Positions 10,420-23,479 of a stretch of DNA of 64,000 nt are shown one piece after another (the first letter of the stretch is position 1; every line of letters begins with the position of its first letter). The DNA is from Intrasporangium sp. (GTDB lineage Bacteria > Actinomycetota > Actinomycetes > Actinomycetales > Dermatophilaceae), in assembly GCF_030452765.1 (NCBI RefSeq), contig NZ_JAKDLO010000001.1:25273-89272 (forward strand). The letters are read 5' to 3'. The position numbers were made by a program, and so were the translations under genes. The notes below the pieces were generated by a model. It was not told the origin of the DNA, did no database searches, and saw nothing but the letters and a program-made list of their open reading frames with translations.

Positions 10420-11262
10420 TCAGGCCCGCAGGCCGTCGGCGACCCGGCGGGCCGCGTCGGCCAGGCCGACCACATCGGGGCCGGCTCCCAGGACCGCCCG
10501 GCTGGATGCGACGAGGACCTGAGGGCGGGCCGCCCCGAAGACCAGGTCTAGATCGGCCACGGTGCCGCCCTGGGCTCCGAAGCCGGGAGCGAGCACCGGG
10601 GTGGCCGCCGTGACGAGGTCGAGACCCAGGCGGTCGACGGCGTCGCCGACGGTGGCGCCGACGACCAGGCCGATGTCCCCCAGCTCGCCCCGCTCCCGGG
10701 CGAGGCTGTTGTCGACGGTGGCCCCCTCGACGATCGAGGCAGCGACGCTACGGCCACCCAGGACCGCGTGCTGCACCGAGGCTCCGTCGGGGTTCGAGGT
10801 CAGCGCGAGCACGAACAGGCCGCGGCCGTGCTGCTGCGCCACGTCGATGGCCGGGCGCAGCGACTCGTAGCCGAGGTAGGGACTGACCGTGAGGGCGTCC
10901 GGGGGCGAGACCGCCTCGGGCCCGAGGTAGGCCGCTGCGTACCCAGCCATCGTCGAGCCGATGTCGCCACGTTTGGCGTCGAGGATCGTCAGCGTGCTCG
11001 CCCATAGGAGGTCGGCGAGCCCCCGCTCCTGCACCCCGCTCCCCCGGCTGCCGAAGACCGCGAAGAAGGCCGACTGTGGCTTGACCGCGGCGACGGCTCC
11101 CGCGAACGCCTCGACGCATGTGAGCGCGAAGCGCTCGAGGCCGGTGACGTCATACGGCAGCCCCCACGCCTCGAGCAGCCGGCGCTGCGGGTCGATCCCC
11201 ACGCAGAGCGGCCCGTGATGGTCCATCGCCCGGCGCAGCCGGGTGCCGAAGCCAGTGGTCAC
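10420..11262 (-). CDS. pyrF: Orotidine-5'-phosphate decarboxylase
   Basis: LCVGIDP, AVKPQ, DAKRGDIGST, LAPGFGAQGG; last gene of the pyr operon. Confidence 0.93.
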   Translation of the reverse strand: MTTGFGTRLRRAMDHHGPLCVGIDPQRRLLEAWGLPYDVTGLERFALTCVEAFAGAVAAVKPQSAFFAVFGSRGSGVQERGLADLLWASTLTILDAKRGDIGSTMAGYAAAYLGPEAVSPPDALTVSPYLGYESLRPAIDVAQQHGRGLFVLALTSNPDGASVQHAVLGGRSVAASIVEGATVDNSLARERGELGDIGLVVGATVGDAVDRLGLDLVTAATPVLAPGFGAQGGTVADLDLVFGAARPQVLVASSRAVLGAGPDVVGLADAARRVADGLRA

Positions 11263-11298
11263 GTGCCCTCCTGGGAGTGAGCGGCATCCATCGTCGCG

Positions 11299-14612
<3,314 letters not shown>

Positions 14613-14613
<1 letters not shown>

Positions 14614-15782
14614 CAGGCGCTCGCTTCCTGCCGTTGGAGCATCTCCACGAAACGGTCGAACAGGTATGCCGCGTCATGCGGCCCGGCGGCAGCCTCGGGG
14701 TGGTACTGGACCGAGTAGGCCGGCGCGTCGAGGCACTCGAGCCCCTCGACGACATCGTCGTTGAGGCAGACGTGCGAGACCCGCACCCGCCCGTATGGGG
14801 TCTCGCGCGGTTCGAAGGAGGGGGCCCCGGGCCACTCGATCGCAAACCCGTGGTTGTGAGCGGTGACCTCGACCTTGCCGGTGGCACGGTCCATGACCGG
14901 CTGGTTGATGCCGCGGTGGCCGTACTTGAGCTTGTACGTGCCGAATCCGAGCGCCCGGCCGAGCAGCTGGTTGCCGAAGCAGATGCCGAAGAACGGGATC
15001 CGCCGGTCCAGCACCTCGCGGAGCAGGGCCACCTCGCGATCGGCCGTCGACGGGTCGCCCGGGCCGTTCGAGAAGAACACGCCGTCAGGGCCGTGCTCGC
15101 CGACGGCCAGTACGTCATCGATCGTCGCGGTGCACGGCAGGACGTGCACCTCGATGCCACGCTGGGTCAGCCGCTGCGGGGTCATCGCCTTGATCCCGAG
15201 GTCGATCGCCGCGACGGTGAAGCGCTTCCCCCCCACGGCGGGCACCACGTACGGTGCCGGTGTCGTGACCTCCTCGGCGAGGGCTGCACCGGCCATCCGG
15301 GGTGCCTCTCGCACCACCTCGACGAGCTCGTCGAGCGAACGGTCCGCATCCGGGCCGCTGAAGATCCCGACCCGCATCGCGCCGCGCTCGCGAAGGTGCC
15401 GGGTCAGGGCGCGTGTGTCGATCCCGCAGATGCCGACGACCTGCTGGGCGCGCAGCTCGTCCTCGAGGTCGCCGGTGGCCCGCCAGCTCGACGGGCGGAG
15501 CGCGGGTTCGCGCACGACATACCCGGCGACCCAGAAGCGCTGCGACTCGGGGTCCTCGGTGTTGATGCCCGTGTTGCCGATGTGCGGCGCGGTCATGACG
15601 ACCACCTGCCGGTGGTAGCTCGGGTCGGTCAGGGTCTCCTGGTAGCCGGTCATCCCGGTCGAGAAGACTGCCTCGCCGACCGTCTCACCGACCGCCCCGT
15701 AGGAGGACCCACGGAAGTCTCGGCCGTCCTCCAGGACGAGGATGGCCGGCTCACGGTGCCGGCTGGGGAGGTTGAGGGTCAC
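14613..15782 (-). CDS. carA: Carbamoyl-phosphate synthase small subunit
   Basis: [35 protein letters not shown]; GTG start overlaps the pyrC stop. Confidence 0.97.
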
Positions 15783-17095
15783 TGTGCGTACTCCGCCTCT
15801 GTGGCGTGGGCGGTCGAGTCGATGCGGTGGGTGACGCGGCCGCGATGGATGGTCGTGTGGACGGCGCCGGTGAAGGTGCGCCCGTGCCATGGGTTGTTGC
15901 GCGAGCGGCTCCGGCTTGCGGCTGCATCCACGGTCACGGGGCGGTCCGGGTCGACGAGGGTGAGGTTTGCCGGCTCACCTGCGACGAGCGGACGGCCTTG
16001 CCCGGGCAAGCCACCGATCCGGGCCGGGTTCGCCGACATGATACGGGCGACGTCGGCCCAGCCGAGGCGGTCGGTGCGCACGAGCAGGTCGCTCACGACG
16101 GGCAGGGCCGTCTCGAGGCCGAGCATCCCGAAGGCCGCGTCGACGAAGGTGTGGTCCTTGTCGTGCCGGGCGTGGGGTGCGTGGTCGGTGGCGACGGCGT
16201 CGATGGTGCCGTCGACGAGGGCATCCCGAAGGGCCTCGACATCCTCCTGGGGCCGAAGTGGCGGGTTCACCTTGTAGACGGGGTCGTAGCCGACGAGCAG
16301 GTCGGTGGTGAGGGCAAGGTGGTGGGGAGTCACCTCGGCGGTGACCGCGATGCCCCGCGCCTTGGCCCAGCGGATCACCTCGACCGTGCCGGCCGTCGAG
16401 ACGTGCGCGACGTGGACGCGCGAGCCGGTGTACCTCGCGAGCATGACGTCACGGGCGACGATCGCCTCCTCGGCGACGCCGGGCCAGCCCGGCAGGCCGA
16501 GCCGCCCCGAGATCTCGCCCTCGTGGCAGCACGCCGACGAGTCGGCCAGCCGGGGGTCCTGGGCGTGCTGGGAGACGACGCCGCCGAAAGGCTTGATGTA
16601 CTCGAGTGCCCGGCGCATGATCCGCCCGTCGGCGACACAACGGCCGTCGTCGGAGAAGACCCTGACGCCTGCCCTCGAGCGTGCCATCAGCCCGAGCTCG
16701 GCGAGCCGCTCCCCCCGCAGGCCCATGGTGACGGCCCCGACCGGGACGACATCGACGAGGCCGCAGGTCCGCCCGAGGTCGCGGACACGCTCGGCGGCCT
16801 CGGCCGTGTCGGTGACCGGGTCGGTGTTCGCCATCGCGAAGATCGCGGTGAACCCGCCCGCGGCGGCGGCCCCGGACCCGCTGGCGATCGTCTCGGCGTC
16901 CTCACGACCCGGCTCGCGCAGATGGGTGTGCAGGTCGACGAGTCCGGGCAGCGCGACGAGGCCGTCGGCGTCGATGACCACCACACCCGGGGACGGGGCG
17001 ATCCGGCCGACCTCGACGATGCGACCGTCCTCGATGAGCAGGTCCGCCGCGTCCCGCCCGAGCACGCGCGCCCCGGTGATCAGCAGGCCGCTCAT
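15779..17095 (-). CDS. pyrC: Dihydroorotase
   Basis: [28 protein letters not shown]. Confidence 0.96.
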   Translation of the reverse strand: MSGLLITGARVLGRDAADLLIEDGRIVEVGRIAPSPGVVVIDADGLVALPGLVDLHTHLREPGREDAETIASGSGAAAAGGFTAIFAMANTDPVTDTAEAAERVRDLGRTCGLVDVVPVGAVTMGLRGERLAELGLMARSRAGVRVFSDDGRCVADGRIMRRALEYIKPFGGVVSQHAQDPRLADSSACCHEGEISGRLGLPGWPGVAEEAIVARDVMLARYTGSRVHVAHVSTAGTVEVIRWAKARGIAVTAEVTPHHLALTTDLLVGYDPVYKVNPPLRPQEDVEALRDALVDGTIDAVATDHAPHARHDKDHTFVDAAFGMLGLETALPVVSDLLVRTDRLGWADVARIMSANPARIGGLPGQGRPLVAGEPANLTLVDPDRPVTVDAAASRSRSRNNPWHGRTFTGAVHTTIHRGRVTHRIDSTAHATEAEYAQ

Positions 17096-18075
17096 GCCTG
17101 GGCCCCTTGCGTGACAGGCTCGACGGACTCGGCGGTCTCTCCGGCGAGCAGGTGGTAGAGCACGGCCATCCGCACGGCGACCCCGGCGGAGACCTGGTCG
17201 AGGACGACCGACTGTGGGGCATCGGCGACCTCGGCCGCGATCTCGAGCCCGCGGTTCATCGGGCCGGGGTGCATGACCAGCACGTCAGGATTCCGGGCGA
17301 CGAGACGCGCGAGCCGCTCACCTGTCAGGCCGTACCCGACGGTGTACTCGCGGGGCGTCGGGAAGTAGCCACCCGTCATCCGCTCGCGTTGGACCCGCAG
17401 CATCATCATCGCGTCGACGGGGGCGTCACCGTCGACGACGGCGTCCAGGTCCCAGCTCGTCGCGAAGCCGTCCGATTCGCTCCACTCCCGGACCCCGGCG
17501 GGCATCAGGGTCGGCGGGGCGACGACGGTGACGTGGGCACCGAGCGTGTGCAGGGTGATGATGTTGCTCCGGAAGACCCGCGAGTGGGTCAGGTCGCCGA
17601 CGATGGCCACGTGTTTGCCGTCGAGGTCCCCCATCCGGCTGCGGAGCGTGTAGGCGTCGAGCAGGGCCTGCGTCGGGTGCTCATGCGTGCCATCGCCGGC
17701 GTTGATGACACTGCAGCGGACCCATTCGGAGACCTGCCTGGCGGCGCCGGAGGCGTTGTGCCGGATGACGAGGGCGTCGACCGCCATGGCATCGACGGTC
17801 AGCGCCGTGTCACGCAGGCTCTCGCCCTTCGAGGCCGACGAGCCCTTGGCCGACAGGTTGATCGTGTCGGCCGACATCCACTTGCCCGCGATCTCGAAGG
17901 AGGACCGGGTGCGGGTCGAGTCCTCGAAGAAGAAGTTGATGACGGTTCGCCCCCGCAGGGTCGGGACCTTCTTCACCTCGCGCCGCTGCACGTCATGCAT
18001 CGACTCGGCGGTGGTCAGGATCGACTCGACGTCGTGCCGGGTCAGGTCGGCGGACGAGATGAGGTGGCGGTTCAC
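17092..18075 (-). CDS. pyrB: Aspartate carbamoyltransferase catalytic subunit
   Basis: [32 protein letters not shown]. Confidence 0.97.
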   Translation of the reverse strand: MNRHLISSADLTRHDVESILTTAESMHDVQRREVKKVPTLRGRTVINFFFEDSTRTRSSFEIAGKWMSADTINLSAKGSSASKGESLRDTALTVDAMAVDALVIRHNASGAARQVSEWVRCSVINAGDGTHEHPTQALLDAYTLRSRMGDLDGKHVAIVGDLTHSRVFRSNIITLHTLGAHVTVVAPPTLMPAGVREWSESDGFATSWDLDAVVDGDAPVDAMMMLRVQRERMTGGYFPTPREYTVGYGLTGERLARLVARNPDVLVMHPGPMNRGLEIAAEVADAPQSVVLDQVSAGVAVRMAVLYHLLAGETAESVEPVTQGAQA

Positions 18076-18662
18076 CGGCGGTCACCGCCGCTGATCCGTA
18101 CGACGTCCTCGCCGTCGACCTCGGTGACCCGCACGTGGACGCGTTCGTTGCGGGCAGTCGGCAGGTTCTTGCCGACGTGGTCGGCCCGGATGGGCAGCTC
18201 TCGGTGGCCGCGGTCGACGAGCACCGCGAGCCGGACCGCGCGGGGCCGGCCGAGCTCCGCGAGAGCGTCGAGGGCGGCCCTGATCGTCCGACCGGAGTAG
18301 AGCACGTCGTCGACCAGGACGACGATGCGGTCGTCGATGCCGACCTCGGGGATGACGGAGCGGCCGGCCGGGCGCGTGGGCTGTCGTCGCAGGTCGTCGC
18401 GGTAGAGGGTCACGTCGAGCTGCCCGACGGGGATCTCGACTCCCTCGACCGAACCGATCGCGGCGGCGAGCCGGTCGGCGAGCGCCACGCCACGCGTGGG
18501 GATACCGAGCACGACGAGCTCACTCGCGCCCTTGTTGCGTTCGATGATCTCGTGGCCGATGCGCCGCAGCGCCCGGGCGATGTCGTCCGCGCTCATGACG
18601 TCACGCGCATCCGGAGGGATCTGTGCAACGGTGGCCGGTGCAGTGGGCTCAGGGCAGGTCAC
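18072..18662 (-). CDS. pyrR: Bifunctional pyr operon regulator/uracil phosphoribosyltransferase
   Basis: [61 protein letters not shown]; GTG at 18662 after an AGGAGG RBS. Confidence 0.96.
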   Translation of the reverse strand: MTCPEPTAPATVAQIPPDARDVMSADDIARALRRIGHEIIERNKGASELVVLGIPTRGVALADRLAAAIGSVEGVEIPVGQLDVTLYRDDLRRQPTRPAGRSVIPEVGIDDRIVVLVDDVLYSGRTIRAALDALAELGRPRAVRLAVLVDRGHRELPIRADHVGKNLPTARNERVHVRVTEVDGEDVVRISGGDRR

Positions 18663-18671
18663 GCGGCCTGA

Positions 18672-18707
18672 CCTCCTTCCCCGCCTCACAGGACGGTGGT
18701 TAAAGGA
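18672..18707 (-). promoter_or_regulatory. PyrR-binding RNA element overlapping the pyrR RBS
   Basis: Minus strand UCCUUUAA-CCACC-GUCCUGUGAGGCGG-GGAAGGAGG matches the CUUUAA and GUCCnGnGAGG consensus of PyrR binding loops; TACACT -10 box at 18723-18728. Confidence 0.85.
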
Positions 18708-18796
18708 CGTCGATCGCGAGTGAGTGTACCTGTTCAGCGCACCTGCTCCCGGCACCGTCCACATCGCGCCGCGCTCTCCCCGCTCTCCCCCTCTCC

Positions 18797-19082
18797 CCCG
18801 ATCGAGAGTTCACCTTTTCCGATCGACAGTGCGCCAGTCCTGATCGACAGTGCGCCAATCCTGATCGACAGTGCGCCAATCCTGATCGACAGTTCACTAC
18901 TCGTGATCGACAGTGCAGTCGGGTGAACTCTCGATCAGGAAAAGTGCTCTCTCGAACGAGGTTTCAGCACTCTCGATCGAGATGCCTGCACTCTCGATCG
19001 AGATGCCTGCACTCTCGATCGAGACTCCTGCACTCTCGATCGAGACTCCTGCACTCTCGAGTGAGATTCCTGCACTCTCGAT
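18797..19082. repeat. Two inverted arrays of a 21-bp tandem repeat (about 290-bp composite palindrome)
   Basis: GATCGA(C/G)AGT.. at 18800, 18821, 18842, 18863, 18884, 18905; reverse-oriented G(C/A)(A/T)CTCTCGA.. at 18925, 18946, 18967, 18988, 19009, 19030, 19051, 19072; centre near 18920. Confidence 0.95.
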
Positions 19083-19107
19083 GGGGGTGGGGGCTGGGGG
19101 CAGCCCG

Positions 19108-19566
19108 TCACGCCTCCATGAGAGTTGCCGCCAGTGTTCCGCCCAGCTCGAACGCGGCCTCCCGAACGGACTTGTCCACAGGCCCGGTCACCAGCAGCGG
19201 CTGCGCCGCCATGACCCAGCCGAGCGCCTGCGCGATCGACTCGATGCCCCGGCGGGCCCCTTCGGTGTCGTTGTTGCCGTGCACCCAGTAGCCATACGGC
19301 ATCCCCGTCTTCGCTTCGAGGGTCGGGTAGTAGACCGTGTCGAAGAAGTGCTTGAGGGCACCGGACATGTAGCCGATGTTGGCCGGTGTCCCGAGCAGCA
19401 CGCCGTCGGCCGCGAGCAGGTCGCTCGCGGTGGCCGACAGCGCCGGCCGCACCTCCACCTCGACGCCTTCGATGCCCTCGGCGTGGGTCCCGGAGACGGC
19501 GGCCTCGAGGATCTCCTGCACGGCCGGGGACGGCGTGTGGTGCACGACGAGGAGGTGGGCGCTCAC
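19108..19566 (-). CDS. Flavodoxin-family (WrbA/FMN reductase-like fold) protein
   Basis: LLVVHHTPS, ADGVLLGTPANIGYMSGALKHFFD, HGNNDTEGA. Confidence 0.82.
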   Translation of the reverse strand: MSAHLLVVHHTPSPAVQEILEAAVSGTHAEGIEGVEVEVRPALSATASDLLAADGVLLGTPANIGYMSGALKHFFDTVYYPTLEAKTGMPYGYWVHGNNDTEGARRGIESIAQALGWVMAAQPLLVTGPVDKSVREAAFELGGTLAATLMEA

Positions 19567-19669
19567 CCGCCCAACCTATGCCGTATGGCGCCGAGCCGCG
19601 CCCAGCCCCGTGTGGTCCTCCCGGTGTCATCGGGAGCAAGCCCAGCGGCATACGGCTACCGTCGTGGGG

Positions 19670-20104
19670 ATGGACCAGCGACTCAACTTCATCACACTCG
19701 CAGTCGCCGACCCGGCTGCATCGCGGCGGTTCTACGCGGACGGGCTCGGGTGGGAGCCGGCCTTCGAGGCGCCCGGGGAGGTCGTCTTCTTCCGGATGGC
19801 ACCGACGATCGTGCTGTCCTTGTGGCGTGCCGACGACTTCGAGGCCGAGGCCGGACCGCTCGACAGGGAGCCGGGCAGGGCACCGATCACCTTGTCGCAC
19901 AACGTCCCTACGCCTGAGCAGGTCGACGCGGTGATCGCCGACGCCGTGAGAGCGGGAGCCCGGCTCGTGGCAGCGGCGAAGGACCGCGACTGGGGTGGCC
20001 GGTCCGGCTACTTCGCCGACCTCGACGGCTACCGCTGGGAGGTCGCGTACAACCCCGGGCCACTCGACAAGGACCTCATGCGGGCGGCGGGCCTGCTGCC
20101 CTGA
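19670..20104 (+). CDS. VOC/glyoxalase-family protein
   Basis: MDQRLNFITLAVADPAASRRFYADGLGW..WGGRSGYFADLDGYRWEVAYNP. Confidence 0.88.
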   Translation: MDQRLNFITLAVADPAASRRFYADGLGWEPAFEAPGEVVFFRMAPTIVLSLWRADDFEAEAGPLDREPGRAPITLSHNVPTPEQVDAVIADAVRAGARLVAAAKDRDWGGRSGYFADLDGYRWEVAYNPGPLDKDLMRAAGLLP

Positions 20105-20111
20105 GCAGTCG

Positions 20112-20693
20112 TCAGTCGTGGCTCGGGGTCTCGGCCTCGCCGGCCGACGCCCGGGCCAGCACGTAGAGCAGGTCGCTCATCCGGTTCAGGGTGAGCAGCA
20201 CCGGGTCGGAGACCTCATGACCGGCGCGGGCCGCGGCGACCGCGTGGCGCTCGGCCCGCCGGACGACGCCGCGCGCCAGGTCCAGCGCGGCCGAGGCCCT
20301 CGACGCACCGGGGACGATGAAGACCGGGCGCAGCGGGTGGCGCTCGGCCAGCTCGTCGATCGCGTGCTCGACATCGGTGACGAGTTGCGGGGTGGCCAGG
20401 GAGATGCCGGGCTCGAGCCGGTCGCGGTCGTGCGGGTTGGCCATGAGGTCGGCCGCGATGACGAACAGCTGCCGTTGGGTCGCGAGGACGAGCGCTGCCA
20501 GCTCCGCCGACTCGTCACCGGCCGGGTCGGAGCTCAGCTCGGCCCGGGCGAGCCCGAGCGCCCCGACGGTCTCGTCGATGTCACCGCACGCCTCCACGAG
20601 CGCGTCGTCCTTGCCGATCCGGCCACCGAAGAGACGACCGGTGGTGCCGTCGTCGCCGGTCTTGGTGTAGATGCGAGACGCGTTGCTGCTCAT
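20112..20693 (-). CDS. PduO-type ATP:cob(I)alamin adenosyltransferase
   Basis: RIYTKTGDDGTT, ACGDIDE, ARGVVRRAER, LNRMSDLLYVLAR; ATG overlaps the upstream stop (ATGA). Confidence 0.9.
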   Translation of the reverse strand: MSSNASRIYTKTGDDGTTGRLFGGRIGKDDALVEACGDIDETVGALGLARAELSSDPAGDESAELAALVLATQRQLFVIAADLMANPHDRDRLEPGISLATPQLVTDVEHAIDELAERHPLRPVFIVPGASRASAALDLARGVVRRAERHAVAAARAGHEVSDPVLLTLNRMSDLLYVLARASAGEAETPSHD

Positions 20694-21505
20694 GAGGATT
20701 CCTCCAGGTCGATCGTCGGTGTCGGGGCTGCCGCGCCGGCGCCGTGCCACGGGACGGGCTCGGCGTAGAACTCCTCGGTGTGCAGCCGCCCGGCGTGGAC
20801 GCCGAGCCGTTGCACGGTGCGGGTGCACGCGTCGACGAAGCCGGGCGAGCCGGCGATGTAGACGGCGTACCCCCCGAGGTCGGGGAGCAGGCCGGGCAGG
20901 ATCTCGGGCACTCTGCCCAGGGGTGGCGCAGCAGATCCGGATGCCACCCGGGTCAGGGTCCGGACGTAGTCCAGCCACGGATGGCTCCGGGCGAGCTCAT
21001 CCAGCTCCGTCTCGTCGATGACGTCGGCGAGCGTCCGCCCCGAGAAGAGCAGGGTATGCCGCTCGGCTGCGTCGCGATCCTGCGTCTCCCGCTGCGCGAC
21101 AGCCTCCTCGAGCAGGGAACGCACGGGAGCCAGCCCCGATCCGCCGGCGAGGTAGAGCGTCGGCCCGTGGTGCCCGGGGTCGGCGACAAAGGTGCCGTAC
21201 GGGCCTGAGACGAGCAGCCGGTCACCGATGCGCGACTCCCGGGCGAGCCAGGTGCTCGTCGGGCCGTCCGGCACGGCCGTGACGAGCAGGGTCAGGCGCC
21301 CATCGGGTCGGGGGGCGTTCGCAACCGAGTACGACCGCACCGGGACGGTCCGGTCCCCGTCCTGGGCCAGGACGTACTGTCCCGCAACGAAGTCGACCTG
21401 CTCCGCCGCCGGCTCGAGGGTGAGCTCGGCGACGACCGGGGTGCACCAGCGGCGGGCAGCCAGCACGAATGGGACGTCCTCGTCGGGCAGGGGGGCGAGC
21501 GGCAT
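20690..21505 (-). CDS. FAD/NAD(P)H oxidoreductase, ferredoxin-NADP+ reductase-like (no Fe-S domain)
   Basis: FVAGQY, RSYSVAN, GPYGTFV, LAGGSGLAP, YIAGSPGFVD, LHTEEFY. Confidence 0.85.
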   Translation of the reverse strand: MPLAPLPDEDVPFVLAARRWCTPVVAELTLEPAAEQVDFVAGQYVLAQDGDRTVPVRSYSVANAPRPDGRLTLLVTAVPDGPTSTWLARESRIGDRLLVSGPYGTFVADPGHHGPTLYLAGGSGLAPVRSLLEEAVAQRETQDRDAAERHTLLFSGRTLADVIDETELDELARSHPWLDYVRTLTRVASGSAAPPLGRVPEILPGLLPDLGGYAVYIAGSPGFVDACTRTVQRLGVHAGRLHTEEFYAEPVPWHGAGAAAPTPTIDLEESS

Positions 21506-21585
21506 ACCCCCATTTGAACGGGCCGGCGCCAGCAGGGCAAGAGCGGCGGGGCGAGGCCGGCGAGGTCCGCGACGGCGCGGCCCGG

Positions 21586-21999
21586 TCAGACGATGGTCTC
21601 CTTGACCTCCGACAGCCGCGCGAGCAGCCCGTTGACGAAGGCCGGCGACTCGTCGGTCGACAGGTCGGTCGCGAGCGCGACCGCCTCGGAGATGGCGACG
21701 GCGTCGGGGATCTCCTCGTTGAAGAGCACCTCCCAGGCGCCGAGCCGCAGCACTGCCCGGTCGACGGCCGGCATCCGTTCGATCGTCCACCCCTGGCTGT
21801 AGTCGGTCAGGGCGGCGTTGATGTCGGCCCACTTCTCGACGACCCCACGGACGACCTGTGCCGTGTAGGGGTTGTTGCCGGCCCGGGACTCGCGGTCGGT
21901 GAGTCGCTCCTCGAGCAGCGCTAGCGCGTTGACGTCGCGCTGGTCGGCCTCGAAGAGGATGTCGAGGGCCCTGGTCCGGGCCTTGGTGCGAGCGGCCAA
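21586..21999 (-). CDS. nusB: Transcription antitermination factor NusB
   Basis: ARTKARTRALDILFEAD..RMPAVDRAVLRLGAWE..FVNGLLA; TTG start directly after efp. Confidence 0.95.
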   Translation of the reverse strand: MAARTKARTRALDILFEADQRDVNALALLEERLTDRESRAGNNPYTAQVVRGVVEKWADINAALTDYSQGWTIERMPAVDRAVLRLGAWEVLFNEEIPDAVAISEAVALATDLSTDESPAFVNGLLARLSEVKETIV

Positions 22000-22000
22000 G

Positions 22001-22564
22001 TCAGTCGTTGACGCGACCGAGGTAGGACCCGTCTCGGGTGTCGACCTTGACCTTCGTGCCGGTCTCGAGGAAGAGCGGCACCTGGATCTGCGCGCCCGTC
22101 TCGAGGGTCGCGGGTTTGGTGCCGCCCGTGGAGCGGTCGCCCTGCAGGCCCGGGTCGGTGTGCGTGATCTCCAGGACGACCGAGGCCGGCAGCTCGACGT
22201 AGAGCGGGGTGCCGTCGTGCGTTGCGACGATCGCGTTCTGGTTCTCGAGCATGTAGCCGGCGGCCTCGCCGACCGTCGCCTCGGAGACCATGAGCTGGTC
22301 GTAGGTGTCGGTGTCCATGAAGACGAAGTCCGCACCGTCCTTGTAGAGGTACTGCATGGTGCGCTTGTCGACATTGCTCGTCTCGACCTTGACGCCGGCG
22401 TTGAACGTCTTGTCGAGGGTCTTGCCCGAGACCACGTTCTTGAGCTTGGTCCGCACGAAGGCGGGACCCTTGCCCGGCTTGACGTGCTGGAACTCGACGA
22501 CGGACCACAGCTGCCCGTCGAGGTTGAGCACGGTGCCGTTCTTCAGGTCGTTGGTCGTTGCCAC
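22001..22564 (-). CDS. efp: Elongation factor P
   Basis: [44 protein letters not shown]. Confidence 0.97.
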   Translation of the reverse strand: MATTNDLKNGTVLNLDGQLWSVVEFQHVKPGKGPAFVRTKLKNVVSGKTLDKTFNAGVKVETSNVDKRTMQYLYKDGADFVFMDTDTYDQLMVSEATVGEAAGYMLENQNAIVATHDGTPLYVELPASVVLEITHTDPGLQGDRSTGGTKPATLETGAQIQVPLFLETGTKVKVDTRDGSYLGRVND

Positions 22565-22732
22565 AGATGAGTCTCTCTCGTATGCCGCTGTCGCCCGGTC
22601 GCGCCGGCACGGCGCGGTCGCGGACGTGGGAAGTATGCCGCGCAAGTCTAGCCGCCATCGCCGGACGTCGAACCACGACGATGTCGGACGTCCGCGGTCG
22701 AGGCCGCACGGATGGTCGCGCTCGCCCGTACC

Positions 22733-22750
22733 GCATGTAAACTGCATGCA
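22733..22750 (+). promoter_or_regulatory. Leaderless -10 box inside a palindromic operator of the TA operon
   Basis: GCATG-TAAACTG-CATGC; TAAACT (22738-22743) ends 6 nt before ATG 22750. Confidence 0.7.
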
Positions 22751-23019
22751 TGGTCGCCCTGCAGATCCGTGACGTACCCGATGACGTCCGACAGGCGCTG
22801 GCCGCCCGGGCGGCGGCGAGGGGACAGTCCTTGCAGGCCTTCCTTCTGACGCTGGTCACGCAGGAGGCCCACCGGTCGACCAACCTTGCCCTGCTGGAGC
22901 GCTTCGGCGCCCGCCAGGACGGCTCGCGTCTGACGAGCGCGCAGGTCGCCGAATCCCTCGACCGGGCCCGAGCCGAACGCGAGGCCTACCTCGCCGGCGG
23001 GCCGGACGACATGTCGTGA
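22750..23019 (+). CDS. vapB: Type II antitoxin, FitA/VapB-like ribbon-helix-helix
   Basis: [32 protein letters not shown]; 89 aa; overlaps the downstream PIN gene by 4 nt. Confidence 0.82.
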   Translation: MVALQIRDVPDDVRQALAARAAARGQSLQAFLLTLVTQEAHRSTNLALLERFGARQDGSRLTSAQVAESLDRARAEREAYLAGGPDDMS

Positions 23020-23420
23020 TCGTCGTCGACGCGTCCGTACTCGCCAACGCCATGACCGACGACGGCCCGGTGGGGGCGTGCGCTCGCTCCGAGCTGGCCC
23101 GCGATGCACATTGGGCCGGTCCCGGGCATCTGGTCGTAGAAGTCTTGTCGGCGATTCGTGGCCGATGGCTCGGTGGCAAGCTCAGTGAGCAACGTGCCCG
23201 CGACGCGCTCGGTGCGCTGGCGGCTGCGACCATCGACATGCTGGCAGTCGCACCCCTGCTGGCACGCATGTGGGAGCTGCGGAGCAACGTGGCAGGCTAT
23301 GACGCCGCCTACGTCGCCGTCGCCGAGGCTCTCGACTGCCCACTCGTGACGGCCGATGCCCGGCTCGGGCGCGTCCTCGACCTACGATGCGAGATCCGGG
23401 TTGCCTTGCCGACCGGCTGA
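23016..23420 (+). CDS. vapC: PIN-domain (VapC) toxin
   Basis: MIVVDASV, VEVLSAIR, YDAAYVAVAEAL, LVTADARL; the acidic tetrad is present. Confidence 0.92.
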   Translation: MIVVDASVLANAMTDDGPVGACARSELARDAHWAGPGHLVVEVLSAIRGRWLGGKLSEQRARDALGALAAATIDMLAVAPLLARMWELRSNVAGYDAAYVAVAEALDCPLVTADARLGRVLDLRCEIRVALPTG

Positions 23421-23479
23421 ACCAAGGCTGGGGATCAGTCGAGGACCTTCCCGCTCACGGCCAGGCCCTGCTCGTCACG

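Noticed and set aside
9225-10475. 416-aa gmk ORF as predicted
   Set aside because: The region upstream of 9983 overlaps mihF in another frame; the kinase domain starts near 9800.
18797-19082. CRISPR array interpretation
   Set aside because: The period is only 21 bp, there are no unique spacers of 25-45 bp, the two arms are inverted, and there are no cas genes in the window.
18696-19917. ORFs with periodic peptides (IDSAPIL, SRSRVQE, LSIETPA)
   Set aside because: They are translations of the 21-bp DNA repeats (21 is divisible by 3), open in several frames on both strands, with no RBS or coding signature.
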